NCBI GenBank assembly: GCA_963711085.1
Contig: CAVQCT010000005.1
Span: forward strand, 35,488-99,487
DNA length: 64,000 nt
From: an uncultured candidate division Zixibacteria bacterium
Lineage (GTDB): Bacteria > Zixibacteria > MSB-5A5 > GN15 > FEB-12
Reading direction: 5' to 3'
Made by a program: the position numbers and the translations under genes. Each line of letters opens with the position of its first letter. The stretch's first letter is position 1. Below are positions 29,003-38,412 of the stretch, piece after piece. The notes below the pieces were generated by a model. That model made no database searches. It worked only from the letters and a program-made list of their open reading frames with translations, and had not been told where the DNA came from.

Positions 29003-31297
29003 ATGAAGTACGTGCGATTGTGGGTGGCCCTGGGCGTGGTGATCGTAGCCTCGTTCAGTGTGCTCGGGTATTTCGGTTACGACATCTACCGTCAGGCCCC
29101 GCCCATTCCCGACAAGGTGGTATCGACCGACGGCCAGGTGCTGTTTACCGGTCAGGATATTCGCGACGGTCAGAATGTCTGGCAGTCGACTGGTGGACAG
29201 GAGATGGGTTCTATTTGGGGACATGGGTCCTATGTCGCCCCGGACTGGACGGCCGACTGGCTTCATCGGGAATCCGAGTGGATCCTCGATTATTGGGCGA
29301 GTACCGAGTATGGAGTGCAGTCGTACAAGAATCTTGAGCCGGATGATTTTGCAGCTTTGCGCTCACGGTTGGAGCGCGAGGTTCGGGCAAACACCTACGA
29401 TCCCCAGACCGGGACGCTCACGTTATCACCGGTGCGGGCGGCCGCGTTTCAGGCGGTAAGCCGACATTATACGTCACTGTTTGGCGATGATCCGGCGCTG
29501 GACACGCTTCGCGAGGCATACGCGATTCCAGCCAATGTCGTCAAAGATCCGACCCGTCAGGCCGAGATGAACGACTTTTTCTTCTGGGCCACCTGGGCGA
29601 CCTCGACCAATCGCCCCGGCCACAACATCACCTACACTCAGAACTGGCCGCCCGAAAGCCTGATCGGGAATAAGCCATCGGGCTCAATAGTAGTCTGGTC
29701 AGTGATAAGTTTCGTACTCTTGCTCGCCGGTATCGGTGCCCTGGCCTGGTATTATGCGGCGATGAAGGGGAAGGAAAATCCTGAGACCGTGCTACCGGAA
29801 CAGGATCCGCTGCTGGCGCTTTCGCCGACACCCTCGATGAAGGCTACGCTGAAGTATTTCTGGGTGGTCATCGCCTTGCTGATAGTCCAGGTAGCGATGG
29901 GCGCAGTGACGGCGCACTACGGAGTTGAAGGCTCCGGGTTTTACGGGATACCGCTGGCCAAGTGGCTTCCGTATGCCGTGACCCGTACCTGGCACACGCA
30001 GCTCGGCATTTTCTGGATCGCGACTGCCTGGCTGGCAACCGGCTTGTTTATCGCTCCGGCGGTATCCGGGGTCGAACCGAAATTCCAGAAGCTAGGTGTC
30101 AATTTCCTATTTATCTGCCTGCTGATAATCGTGGCCGGTTCCATGTTCGGTACCTGGTACGGCACCCGCCAGCGGATGGGTCTCGAAGCCAACTTCTGGT
30201 TCGGTCATCAGGGGTTTGAGTATGTCGATCTCGGAAGATTCTGGCAGATTTTCCTGTTTGTCGGACTGTTTGTCTGGTTGTTCCTGATGGCGCGGGGGAT
30301 TTGGCCGGCGCTGAAGCAGCCGGGAGTACACAGGCATCTACTCACCCTTTTCTTCATTTCAAGCGCGGCCATTGCGCTCTTCTACGGAGCGGGTCTCATG
30401 TGGGGTCGCCAGACCAACCTTGCAATCGCCGAATACTGGCGCTGGTGGGTGGTCCACCTCTGGGTGGAAGGATTCTTCGAAGTCTTCGCAACGGTGGTAA
30501 TCGCATTTCTCTTTACAAGGATGGGGCTGTTGCGAGTAGCTTCAGCAACCGCAAGCGTCCTGTTCGCGACAATCATCTTTCTGGCCGGAGGGATAATCGG
30601 AACCTTCCATCATCTCTATTTTACCGGTACACCGACCGCGATCCTTGCCCTCGGTGCTTCGTTCAGCGCTCTCGAAGTTGTGCCGCTGGTGCTGATCGGA
30701 TCTGAGGCTTACGAAAACCTCGCCCTCAGCCGGGCCCGCACCTGGGTGAAAGCGTATCGATGGCCGATCTACTGCTTTATCGCAGTAGCTTTCTGGAATC
30801 TGGTCGGAGCCGGACTGTTTGGCTTTCTCATCAACCCGCCGATCGCTCTGTATTACATGCAGGGACTGAACACCACACCGGTCCACGGTCACACGGCTCT
30901 GTTCGGGGTCTACGGTATGCTGGGAATCGGGCTGACGTTGTTCTGTCTGAAAGGAATGGCGTCTCGCAAGGTGTGGAAGACCAAAGTGCTTTCATTCGCC
31001 TTCTGGGCGATCAATATAGGGCTGGCGGCGATGGTGCTCCTGTCGGTCCTTCCGCGCGGCCTGATGCAGACCTGGGCGAGCGTAACTTATGGTATGTGGT
31101 ATGCCCGGTCAGCTCAGTTCATGCAGACCGGCCTTATGGACGACCTCCGCTGGCTGAGGGTGATAGGTGACTCGATTTTCGCGATCGGTGTCGTCGCGCT
31201 TGGCTGGTTCATCTTCGGGCTGAAATTCGGATGGTCCGTGACCGGGGAGATCGATACGAGCGTAACCGAGAAACAAACAACGCAGATCTCCGGATGA
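29003..31297 (+). CDS. norZ: quinol-dependent nitric-oxide reductase (qNOR, single-subunit NorZ/NorB type)
   Basis: About 765 aa. N-terminal TM plus periplasmic extension, then a 12-TM heme-copper-oxidase-like core (WWVVHLWVEGFFEVF, HHLYFTG, HGHTALFGVYG). Start chosen at ATG 29003, 6 nt after AAGGAG. Confidence 0.9.
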   Translation: MKYVRLWVALGVVIVASFSVLGYFGYDIYRQAPPIPDKVVSTDGQVLFTGQDIRDGQNVWQSTGGQEMGSIWGHGSYVAPDWTADWLHRESEWILDYWASTEYGVQSYKNLEPDDFAALRSRLEREVRANTYDPQTGTLTLSPVRAAAFQAVSRHYTSLFGDDPALDTLREAYAIPANVVKDPTRQAEMNDFFFWATWATSTNRPGHNITYTQNWPPESLIGNKPSGSIVVWSVISFVLLLAGIGALAWYYAAMKGKENPETVLPEQDPLLALSPTPSMKATLKYFWVVIALLIVQVAMGAVTAHYGVEGSGFYGIPLAKWLPYAVTRTWHTQLGIFWIATAWLATGLFIAPAVSGVEPKFQKLGVNFLFICLLIIVAGSMFGTWYGTRQRMGLEANFWFGHQGFEYVDLGRFWQIFLFVGLFVWLFLMARGIWPALKQPGVHRHLLTLFFISSAAIALFYGAGLMWGRQTNLAIAEYWRWWVVHLWVEGFFEVFATVVIAFLFTRMGLLRVASATASVLFATIIFLAGGIIGTFHHLYFTGTPTAILALGASFSALEVVPLVLIGSEAYENLALSRARTWVKAYRWPIYCFIAVAFWNLVGAGLFGFLINPPIALYYMQGLNTTPVHGHTALFGVYGMLGIGLTLFCLKGMASRKVWKTKVLSFAFWAINIGLAAMVLLSVLPRGLMQTWASVTYGMWYARSAQFMQTGLMDDLRWLRVIGDSIFAIGVVALGWFIFGLKFGWSVTGEIDTSVTEKQTTQISG

Positions 31298-31332
31298 GAT
31301 ACCGGGCGTAGTACGAGAAAGGAAATACTGAA

Positions 31333-32048
31333 ATGAATATAGAAGCAAATAGACCGATTGGAGATCTGGTCGCCGAGCATCCCGAATTCGGCACCGTTTT
31401 CGAGCAACTCGGAATAGACTACTGTTGCGGAGGAAAGAGGAGCCTGGCTGAAGCCTGCCGCCAGAAAGAGCTGACAGTCGAAGAGTTACTCTCCAAACTC
31501 GAATCATCCCCCTACGCCACACCCAATGCGAAAGGGGAAGATCCGGCGAAAATGTCGCTTGCCGATCTGGCCTCGCATATTATTGAAACTCATCACGCTT
31601 ACTTGAGAAGGGTTTTGCCTCAGTTGATTCCGATGGTGGAAAGAGTCGCGAACAAGCACGGAGAGCATAATCCCGGGTTGACGAAGCTTCCTTCGATTAT
31701 GGCCGCCTTTTCCACCGAGATCATGTCGCACCTCGATGAAAGAGGAGCAGATGCTGTTTCCGGCCATTGGTCAGCTGGAGCAATCGTCGACGACGACCCA
31801 GTTTTCCCTTCGGGTCGGTGGCCAATCCGATCGGTGCGATGGAGGCGGAGCACGACAGCGCCGGAGAGGCGCTCGAGCAGTTTCGGGCGCTGACCGATGG
31901 ATACACGGTACCTGAGTGGGGATGCAACACGTACCGTTCGATGGTGCATGAGTTGGAAATGCTGGAGAAGGATATGCACCAGCATATCCATAAGGAAAAC
32001 AACATCCTCTTTCCGCGAGCGATCGCTCTGGAAAAGTCTTTGAGCTGA
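31333..32048 (+). CDS. ric: iron-sulfur cluster repair di-iron protein (RIC / ScdA / YtfE family), two frame breaks (~31740 and 31803-31806)
   Basis: N-terminal GIDYCCGG domain and hemerythrin-like motifs. Reading HLD|KEEQMLFPAIGQLEQSSTTTQF|PFGSVANPIGAMEAEHDSAGE..HIHKENNILFPRA requires two +1 shifts between ORF 31333..31893 and ORF 31767..32048. Confidence 0.85.
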
Positions 32049-32075
32049 TTTCGAATTGACATTGGATTGCCTCAA

Positions 32076-32110
32076 ACGGCGGCGGAAATCTTTACCGGTT
32101 TCGCCGCCGT
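32076..32110 (+). terminator. hairpin downstream of ric (9-bp GC stem)
   Basis: acggcggcg (32076-32084) pairs with cgccgccgt (32102-32110). The loop is 17 nt and a T-rich tract follows. Confidence 0.5.
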
Positions 32111-32194
32111 CTGCTTTGTGTTCATTTTCTTTGACAACCGATTAGAATCAGTGCACCTTAGGACGAAACAGCAGAAGCATTTTGCGGAGTAATC

Positions 32195-32636
32195 ATGACT
32201 TCCCAAATCAAAAAAATAGCCATCGGATCGGATCATGCCGGCTACCGATACAAACAGGAGATAATCAAGCACCTCAGGGGGACAAAGATTCGAGGTCGTG
32301 GATTTTGGAACGAATTCGGAAGAATCAGTCGACTATCCGAAATTCATTCGACCGGTAGCCGAAGCTGTGGCGGCCCATGAAGCTGATGCCGGAATCGTTC
32401 TCGGTGGAAGCGGCAATGGGGAACAGATAGTGGCGAACAAAGTAAAGGGGATTCGCTGCGCGTTGTGCTGGAGCGAACAGACCGCTCGGCTCGCGAAAGA
32501 ACATAACGATGCCAACGTCATCTCAATCGGCGAACGGACCATTTCGCTGGAGACGGCGCTGCTCGTGGTCGATACCTGGCTCTCATCCGAATTTCAAGGT
32601 GGGAGGCACGAACGAAGAATCAAAGAGATCGAATAG
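32195..32636 (+). CDS. rpiB: ribose-5-phosphate isomerase B, frame-broken in the G5 run 32287-32291
   Basis: KIAIGSDHAGYRYKQEIIKHL (ORF 32195..) continues in the +1 frame as QRFEVVDFGTNSEESVDYP..GIVLGGSGNGEQIVANKVKGIRCALCW (ORF 32298..32636). Confidence 0.85.
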
Positions 32637-33025
32637 GTCCCTGGTGCGGGTGGGTCAGTCTTCGTGAGTGGCTTTCGGTTTTGTAGGTGTCGGTGTTGAA
32701 TACGTGAATATGTGACTGTCTGCTGTCGTTCGTATTTGGGGTGCGCAAAGCTGACGTTGACCGGAAGAAGCAAAAACATTACGCAGGTAGCTACAATGTA
32801 CCAGGCTTTTTTCATATGATGAAGCGGCTCATTTGGACCCACTTCGCATTATCGCGAATTCAGCATACCCCACCAGACAAAATGGAGAACAACGGTGAAA
32901 AGAGAAATGTTCCACCAGATATCCATTTTGAAATCGGACCGGGAAAAATTTGCCTGGCCTTTTATGGTTGACACACCAGCTGTAATCTTTATGAATAGAG
33001 CTTAAGTGACAGCATTGAATAGAAT

Positions 33026-34315
33026 ATGATTCGCAAACACGTCAGCCTCAATCTCGATACCAGAGGTCTCGATCAGTCGGCCACCCTGGCGATCAATGAT
33101 CGCAGCAGGATGCTTCAGGAAGAGGGGAAGATCGTTTATCGCCTCGGTCTGGGGCAGTCCCCGTTCCCGGTTCCGCAGCCGGTGGTCGACGCCCTCAAAG
33201 TGCATGCTCGCGAGAAGGACTATCTTCCGTCAAAAGGATATCTGGAGCTCCGCCGGGAAGTAGCGGAGTTTCACAGAAGAAAAGACGGCGTCGATGCTCA
33301 TGCTGACAATGTTCTGATCGGCCCCGGATCAAAGGAACTGATGTTTCTGCTGCAGCTCGTCTATTATGGCGAGTTGATCGTACCGACGCCGTGCTGGGTG
33401 TCGTATGTTCCGCAGGCGAGAATAGTCGGTCGAAGGGTGAACCTTATTCACACCAGTTTTGAAGACCGCTGGCACATGACAGCTTCGCGGCTCGAAGAGA
33501 TGTGCGCGCAGGAGCGTGACCAGTATCGCCCGAGAATACTTATTCTGAATTATCCCGGGAATCCGGATGGCTGTACTTACAGCAGCACGGAATTGAAGGA
33601 GCTAGCCGATGTTGCGCGGAGATACGAAGTCATTCTGCTTTCCGATGAGATCTACGGTCAGTTGCACCACGAAGGTGCGCATATTTCGGTAGCTCGATAT
33701 TACCCGGAAGGGACAATCGTGAGCTCCGGACTCTCCAAGTGGTGTGGAGCGGGAGGCTGGCGGCTCGGGACCTTCACTTTCCCCAAGGAGCTGGACTGGC
33801 TGCTTGAAAATATGGCAGCAGTCGCCAGCGAGACCTATACATCGGTCTCGGCCCCGATACAATTTGCGGCGGTGCGGGCGTTTCAGGGAGGCGTGAAAAT
33901 CGAGCGGTATCTCTGGCATGCTCGAAGAATCCTCGCTTTGCTGGGGAATCAGTGTGCAAGGTCGCTTCAGGATGCGGACATCAAAGTGCACGCGCCCGAA
34001 GGTGCGTTCTACCTGTTCCTTGATTTCTCGAATCATGCAGCCAGATTGGGGAGCAGGGGGATAGTCGACAGCACCAAACTATGCGAGCGGCTGCTTGAAG
34101 ATACCGGCGTGGCTATCCTGCCGGGCCGTTCGTTCGAACGGCCCAACGGCGAACTGACAGCACGTCTTGCGTATGTAGATTTTGATGGCGCTAAAGCGTT
34201 AACGGCGAGCGAAACAATCCCGCTCGAAGAAAAGCTTCCTGATAATTTTACCAAACTCTGGTGTCACAACGTCATCACATCGATTCAATTGATCGTCGAC
34301 TGGATTCAACAGTAG
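33026..34315 (+). CDS. class I/II PLP-dependent aminotransferase
   Basis: 429 aa. Motifs YLPSKGYLELRREVAEF, NYPGNPDG and SGLSKWCGAGGWRLG (PLP-Lys context). Confidence 0.85.
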   Translation: MIRKHVSLNLDTRGLDQSATLAINDRSRMLQEEGKIVYRLGLGQSPFPVPQPVVDALKVHAREKDYLPSKGYLELRREVAEFHRRKDGVDAHADNVLIGPGSKELMFLLQLVYYGELIVPTPCWVSYVPQARIVGRRVNLIHTSFEDRWHMTASRLEEMCAQERDQYRPRILILNYPGNPDGCTYSSTELKELADVARRYEVILLSDEIYGQLHHEGAHISVARYYPEGTIVSSGLSKWCGAGGWRLGTFTFPKELDWLLENMAAVASETYTSVSAPIQFAAVRAFQGGVKIERYLWHARRILALLGNQCARSLQDADIKVHAPEGAFYLFLDFSNHAARLGSRGIVDSTKLCERLLEDTGVAILPGRSFERPNGELTARLAYVDFDGAKALTASETIPLEEKLPDNFTKLWCHNVITSIQLIVDWIQQ

Positions 34316-34333
34316 GACTGTCGTACAATCGAT

Positions 34334-35368
34334 CTATTCGGTCGACTTGGTGAATCCAGCCGGAACATCGTACTGACTGTCCGGAACGCTTGTCTGTTTG
34401 ACACTCAGTACTTCGGTCGTGGCAGAAAACATCCTCTTGAACCCGGGCGTTTCCGGAGCGGCCGCCTTCTTTTCCTTATCCTTGTCTTTCTTCTTCCCGA
34501 ACAGACCGCCGAGCTTCTTCATCGCTTCCTGAGCGGCGGCGTTCTGATCGGTTTGCTGATCGACTGAAGTGTTCTCGTCGGAATTGCCTTCGTTCTCCGG
34601 AACAGCGGCTTCCATGCTTATGATGGTCTTGATTGGAAACCCCTTGACGTCTTTCATCTGTTCCCCGAGATCGCTCATTTGACTGGTGAATCCTGACAAA
34701 ACGCGTCCCCAGGCCGCTTTCATCGCCTCGGGGTCGATACCGAGCTGTTTGGCATAGTTCTGCTCGTATTCTTTCATCTCGCCGATCGACGGGTCGTCTT
34801 CCGTCAACCACTGTTCGTTGGTGATGAGGATCTTCTTGGTTGAGTCAGTTTTGTTGACACCGGTCGCAGTAGCGGTAACATGATTGCAATTGAAGCCGTT
34901 GATCTTGGTGTCCTTGTCGTCTTTGGTAACTTTGAAGGTCCAGTCGTACTCCTCCTGATCGGGCATTTGCTCGCCCGAGTTCATCTCGCCGGAAGGTGCC
35001 TTTGGTTCCTGAGACATTAGCGCCGAGGCGCTGTCGGCCAGACCCTTGAAGGTATTCAGGTCCATCTCGGTGTAGGTTTTCTTGTCCAGATCGAGATTCT
35101 GCATAACCCCTTGATCGAGACGAATGATGGTCGCCTCTTTGGCGGCCTTTCCGTGAGTGGCGAATTTCATCAGCTTGCTGTCGAATTTCGTTTCACTCTC
35201 GGAATACGATCGATCCGATTTTACATACTCCGTCTGCGTGGTGGTTGATCCGCCCAATCCGAACAGATTGTCAATAGTTGTTTGTCTCTGCACGATCACG
35301 TCGGCAGAGGCTGCCACTGCCATCATCAAAGTCAGCGCGGCGATTGAAAGAAACAGTCTGAATCTCAT
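34334..35368 (-). CDS. hypothetical secreted protein (Lys/Asp-rich C-terminal region)
   Basis: Signal peptide MRFRLFLSIAALTLMMAVAASA. I am not confident of any family. Confidence 0.5.
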   Translation of the reverse strand: MRFRLFLSIAALTLMMAVAASADVIVQRQTTIDNLFGLGGSTTTQTEYVKSDRSYSESETKFDSKLMKFATHGKAAKEATIIRLDQGVMQNLDLDKKTYTEMDLNTFKGLADSASALMSQEPKAPSGEMNSGEQMPDQEEYDWTFKVTKDDKDTKINGFNCNHVTATATGVNKTDSTKKILITNEQWLTEDDPSIGEMKEYEQNYAKQLGIDPEAMKAAWGRVLSGFTSQMSDLGEQMKDVKGFPIKTIISMEAAVPENEGNSDENTSVDQQTDQNAAAQEAMKKLGGLFGKKKDKDKEKKAAAPETPGFKRMFSATTEVLSVKQTSVPDSQYDVPAGFTKSTE

Positions 35369-35480
35369 GGATCCTCCTGAGTAAGAGCTATTTGGATATT
35401 CTATTTGCCAAATGCATTTAGCGAGATTATCAGGTTGCTTTCGGCGCCCGATAATCTCGCATTCGGTTTGAACTGATGAG

Positions 35481-37655
35481 TTATTTCTTGTCGTTCAGAT
35501 ATTTCATACCCAGTTCATAGAAAAAGAACGAAAACATGTCGGTGTCCCGATCAATGCGCTGGGTCAGTGATGAACCGACACCGTGACCGGCCGATGCATC
35601 GGTGCGAAGAAGTATTGGAAGTCCGGAGTTGGATGCGGCCTGAAGCGCCGCCGTCATCTTGCGCGAATTTGCCGGATTCACTCTGCCATCGTTTTCTCCG
35701 GTCATAAAGAGTACCGCCGGATAGGGAGTCCCGTTGACGACATGTTGGTAAGGGGAATAGCCGGCCAGCGCCTTGTATTGCTCAAGATCCTTGACGGTGC
35801 CGAACTCGGTGACATTAAAGGCACCGTTAGGATCGAGTTCGACACGGAGCATATCGTAGATCCCAACCCCTGAAACGACCGCCCGGAACAGCTCGGGGTG
35901 CTGAGTAAGCACCGCACCCATGAGCAGCCCGCCGTTGCTTCGCCCGTTGATGGCGAGGCGTTTCGGACTGGTGTACTTCTTCTCAATGAGGTATCTGGCG
36001 CAGGCAACGAAATCATCGAACACATTCTGCTTGTTCGTGAGCGCCCCGGCCTTGTGCCATTTCTCTCCGTACTCCCCGCCCCCCCGAAGATTGGCGACGA
36101 CGTAGATACCTCCCTGATTCAGCCAGAGGCTCCGGGCCGGATCGAATCCGGGAGTGAGATTGATGCCGTAGCCGCCATATCCGTAGAGAATTGTCGGATT
36201 ATTGCCGTCGAGAGGAATATTCCGCGGTTTCAGGATGGTCATGGGGATCTTAGTCCCGTCCTTGGAGACGGCGAATTCGCGCAGAACCTCGACATTGTCA
36301 AAATCTGCGTTCGAGGTGACGAACAACGGAGTGCGACTCAAACGCGGGGTCGAGACTTCGTAGCGAAACCAGGCTTCCGGCTGCGTGTAGCTCGAGTTAG
36401 CGAACAGAACTGTATCGCCGCCGATGGACAGCATGCCGCTTACGGTCGAAACGGGTATAATTGGAGCGGTCCAACTACTGTCGGCATTGCGGTCGTATAC
36501 GTGGATTTCGGAGATACCACCCATCAGATCGGTAATCAGGTAATAATGAGGTGTGATGACGAGCTTCTGTACTACGCCGTCCCCCTCGGGAATGATCACT
36601 TTCGCATCGGCCAGGCTAGGGTTGTCGAGCGGCATACGGAGTATTTTTCCGAACGGTGCATCCTTAAGCGACAGCAGATAGAGCGCGTTATCTTCGCCGA
36701 ACTGCGCCTGCGTGATACCGTCTTTGAAGTTGGTTAGCTGTTTCCATTCCCCTGAAGGTCCCAGCAGATAATGGGCAAATTCACCGCCGTCTCCGTTTGC
36801 AACCGTGGCGAGGAAGTAGTTGCCGTCGGGAGACGTCTGCAACGAAATCTCTGCGATTTTCGGAAAATCGGCTCCGATCGCGTAGGTATCCTTCTCAACC
36901 GGAGTGCCGAGTTTGTGGAAATACACCTGCTGAAAGAAGCGGAGATCCTCGGCCGGCCGTTCGTCCGGGCTGGGGTAACGCGTGTAATAGAACCCGGAGC
37001 CGTCGCCATTCCAGGCGACACTTCCACCCGCGGTCGGTCCGTTTACGCGCGGAATGACGTCGGGCAGTTCCTTTCCACTGGCAATCTCAAATATGTGGAC
37101 GGTGCCATCTTCGGAGCCCCCCTTCGAGAGGGAGACCGCAACCAGCTTGCCGTCTTTGGAAGGGACGAAGAAGTCGATAGTCGTACCGCCGGTGGAGTCG
37201 AGTTTGTTGACGTCGAAAATGATCCGTTCGTTCCCCGGCTCATCGGCCGATTCCAGCAATACGAGCAGAGGTTGTTGCAGGGGCGGTTGTGATTTGTAGC
37301 AGAAAATAAATCCGCCCTGGTATTTCAGGCCGTAGTAGTGTGGAGATTCGTCAGTATAGATCTGCTCGAGACGTTTCCTTATAGCTTCTCGATCAGGGAT
37401 TGCCGCCAGGAAGGCCCGGGCGAGAGAATCTTCCTCGCCACTCCAGGCGCGAACCTCCGGATCAGTCATGTCTTCGAGCCAGCGATATTCATCGGTAACC
37501 TTCTCACCGTGGTAGGTATCGATTACCGGTCGCATCGGCGTCTCCGGATAAGTGGGCAGATCAGATCCGAGCGCCATACCAACAGCGATCAGGAGCAGAG
37601 CCGGGACGACCACAAGCAGGTGTCCGGCAATGTACAGAGAAAGGGTCGGCTTCAT
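35481..37655 (-). CDS. prolyl oligopeptidase-family serine peptidase (S9A)
   Basis: 724 aa. N-terminal beta-propeller region (YRWLED), the catalytic GRSNGGLL serine motif, and C-terminal Asp/His context (GENDGRV .. AGHG). Confidence 0.9.
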   Translation of the reverse strand: MKPTLSLYIAGHLLVVVPALLLIAVGMALGSDLPTYPETPMRPVIDTYHGEKVTDEYRWLEDMTDPEVRAWSGEEDSLARAFLAAIPDREAIRKRLEQIYTDESPHYYGLKYQGGFIFCYKSQPPLQQPLLVLLESADEPGNERIIFDVNKLDSTGGTTIDFFVPSKDGKLVAVSLSKGGSEDGTVHIFEIASGKELPDVIPRVNGPTAGGSVAWNGDGSGFYYTRYPSPDERPAEDLRFFQQVYFHKLGTPVEKDTYAIGADFPKIAEISLQTSPDGNYFLATVANGDGGEFAHYLLGPSGEWKQLTNFKDGITQAQFGEDNALYLLSLKDAPFGKILRMPLDNPSLADAKVIIPEGDGVVQKLVITPHYYLITDLMGGISEIHVYDRNADSSWTAPIIPVSTVSGMLSIGGDTVLFANSSYTQPEAWFRYEVSTPRLSRTPLFVTSNADFDNVEVLREFAVSKDGTKIPMTILKPRNIPLDGNNPTILYGYGGYGINLTPGFDPARSLWLNQGGIYVVANLRGGGEYGEKWHKAGALTNKQNVFDDFVACARYLIEKKYTSPKRLAINGRSNGGLLMGAVLTQHPELFRAVVSGVGIYDMLRVELDPNGAFNVTEFGTVKDLEQYKALAGYSPYQHVVNGTPYPAVLFMTGENDGRVNPANSRKMTAALQAASNSGLPILLRTDASAGHGVGSSLTQRIDRDTDMFSFFFYELGMKYLNDKK

Positions 37656-37755
37656 GTATCACCTCAAACTTGGTAATTGCAAATCGACCGGGATCAGTTC
37701 CCGATCGATCTAAAGATTATACAATTGAGTGGGCCGACGCAAGCAGGGTCGTAAA

Positions 37756-38412
37756 TCAGTCGTCTTCGAGCGATTGCTGGACTTTCTGTATGAACTCCTT
37801 GCCGCCGAGAGCGGTAAGAACGACTGTCAGAATTCCGAGAGTGATGAAAATGGTCGCGAATCCGATCAGTACTACCTGGCGCGCGATATCCAGTTCGACC
37901 AAAGCCATGGCCGAAAACAACAGCAACAGGACAGCTTTGATGAATCGGGACAGGAGAGCAGCCCGGGGGATGCTTTCCCGGTGCAAACCTCTCCGGACGG
38001 CCCTTTCGGCGCTCGATGCGATCAGCCAGCCGATGGCGAAAATGGCGAGTCCGGCGACAGCCTTGGGGATGAAATAGATGCCGGTTTCAAGCAAATTGTA
38101 GAAGACGGTGAGCTGCCAGACATGGAAGGCGTTGTCGAGGAAGATGATAAAGATGATGAAGAAAGCGATATTGCCCAGGAAATTGTATAGTCCGAACCGG
38201 ACATCCCCTTTCGCAAAGTCGTCCCGCCAGCGCGACCGAACCAGAAACCGGTCGAGACGGAAGATATAGGCAATCTGGATGATTACCCGCTTACAAATCC
38301 AGCCGAGAACCCAGCCGAGTAACACCAGGGCTATTCCTGCCAACAGGGTGGGCAGGAAGCCGATAATTTGTTCGCTCAGCCCCGAGAGCTGTTCCGAAAG
38401 TGTCTTATGCAT
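37756..38412 (-). CDS. polytopic membrane protein with repeated TM-helix units (MscS-N-terminal-like), function unknown
   Basis: 218 aa with five or six hydrophobic helices. It overlaps the upstream gene by 8 nt. Confidence 0.5.
   Translation of the reverse strand: MHKTLSEQLSGLSEQIIGFLPTLLAGIALVLLGWVLGWICKRVIIQIAYIFRLDRFLVRSRWRDDFAKGDVRFGLYNFLGNIAFFIIFIIFLDNAFHVWQLTVFYNLLETGIYFIPKAVAGLAIFAIGWLIASSAERAVRRGLHRESIPRAALLSRFIKAVLLLLFSAMALVELDIARQVVLIGFATIFITLGILTVVLTALGGKEFIQKVQQSLEDD

Noticed and set aside
28841-29266. N-terminal 141-aa extension of the Rrf2 ORF (28418..29266)
   Set aside because: It has no Rrf2 homology and runs through the qNOR promoter and the 5' end of the qNOR gene on the opposite strand. 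A TTG start with an AGGAGG RBS at 28840 gives a normal 141-aa Rrf2 protein.
32594-32842. 82-aa minus-strand ORF with a signal-peptide-like stretch (MKKAWYIVATCVMFLLLPVNVSFA) and a neighbouring 25-aa hydrophobic ORF
   Set aside because: It overlaps the 3' end of rpiB by ~40 nt, and I found no RBS and no recognisable family. It may be a real small protein, but it is not supportable from sequence alone.
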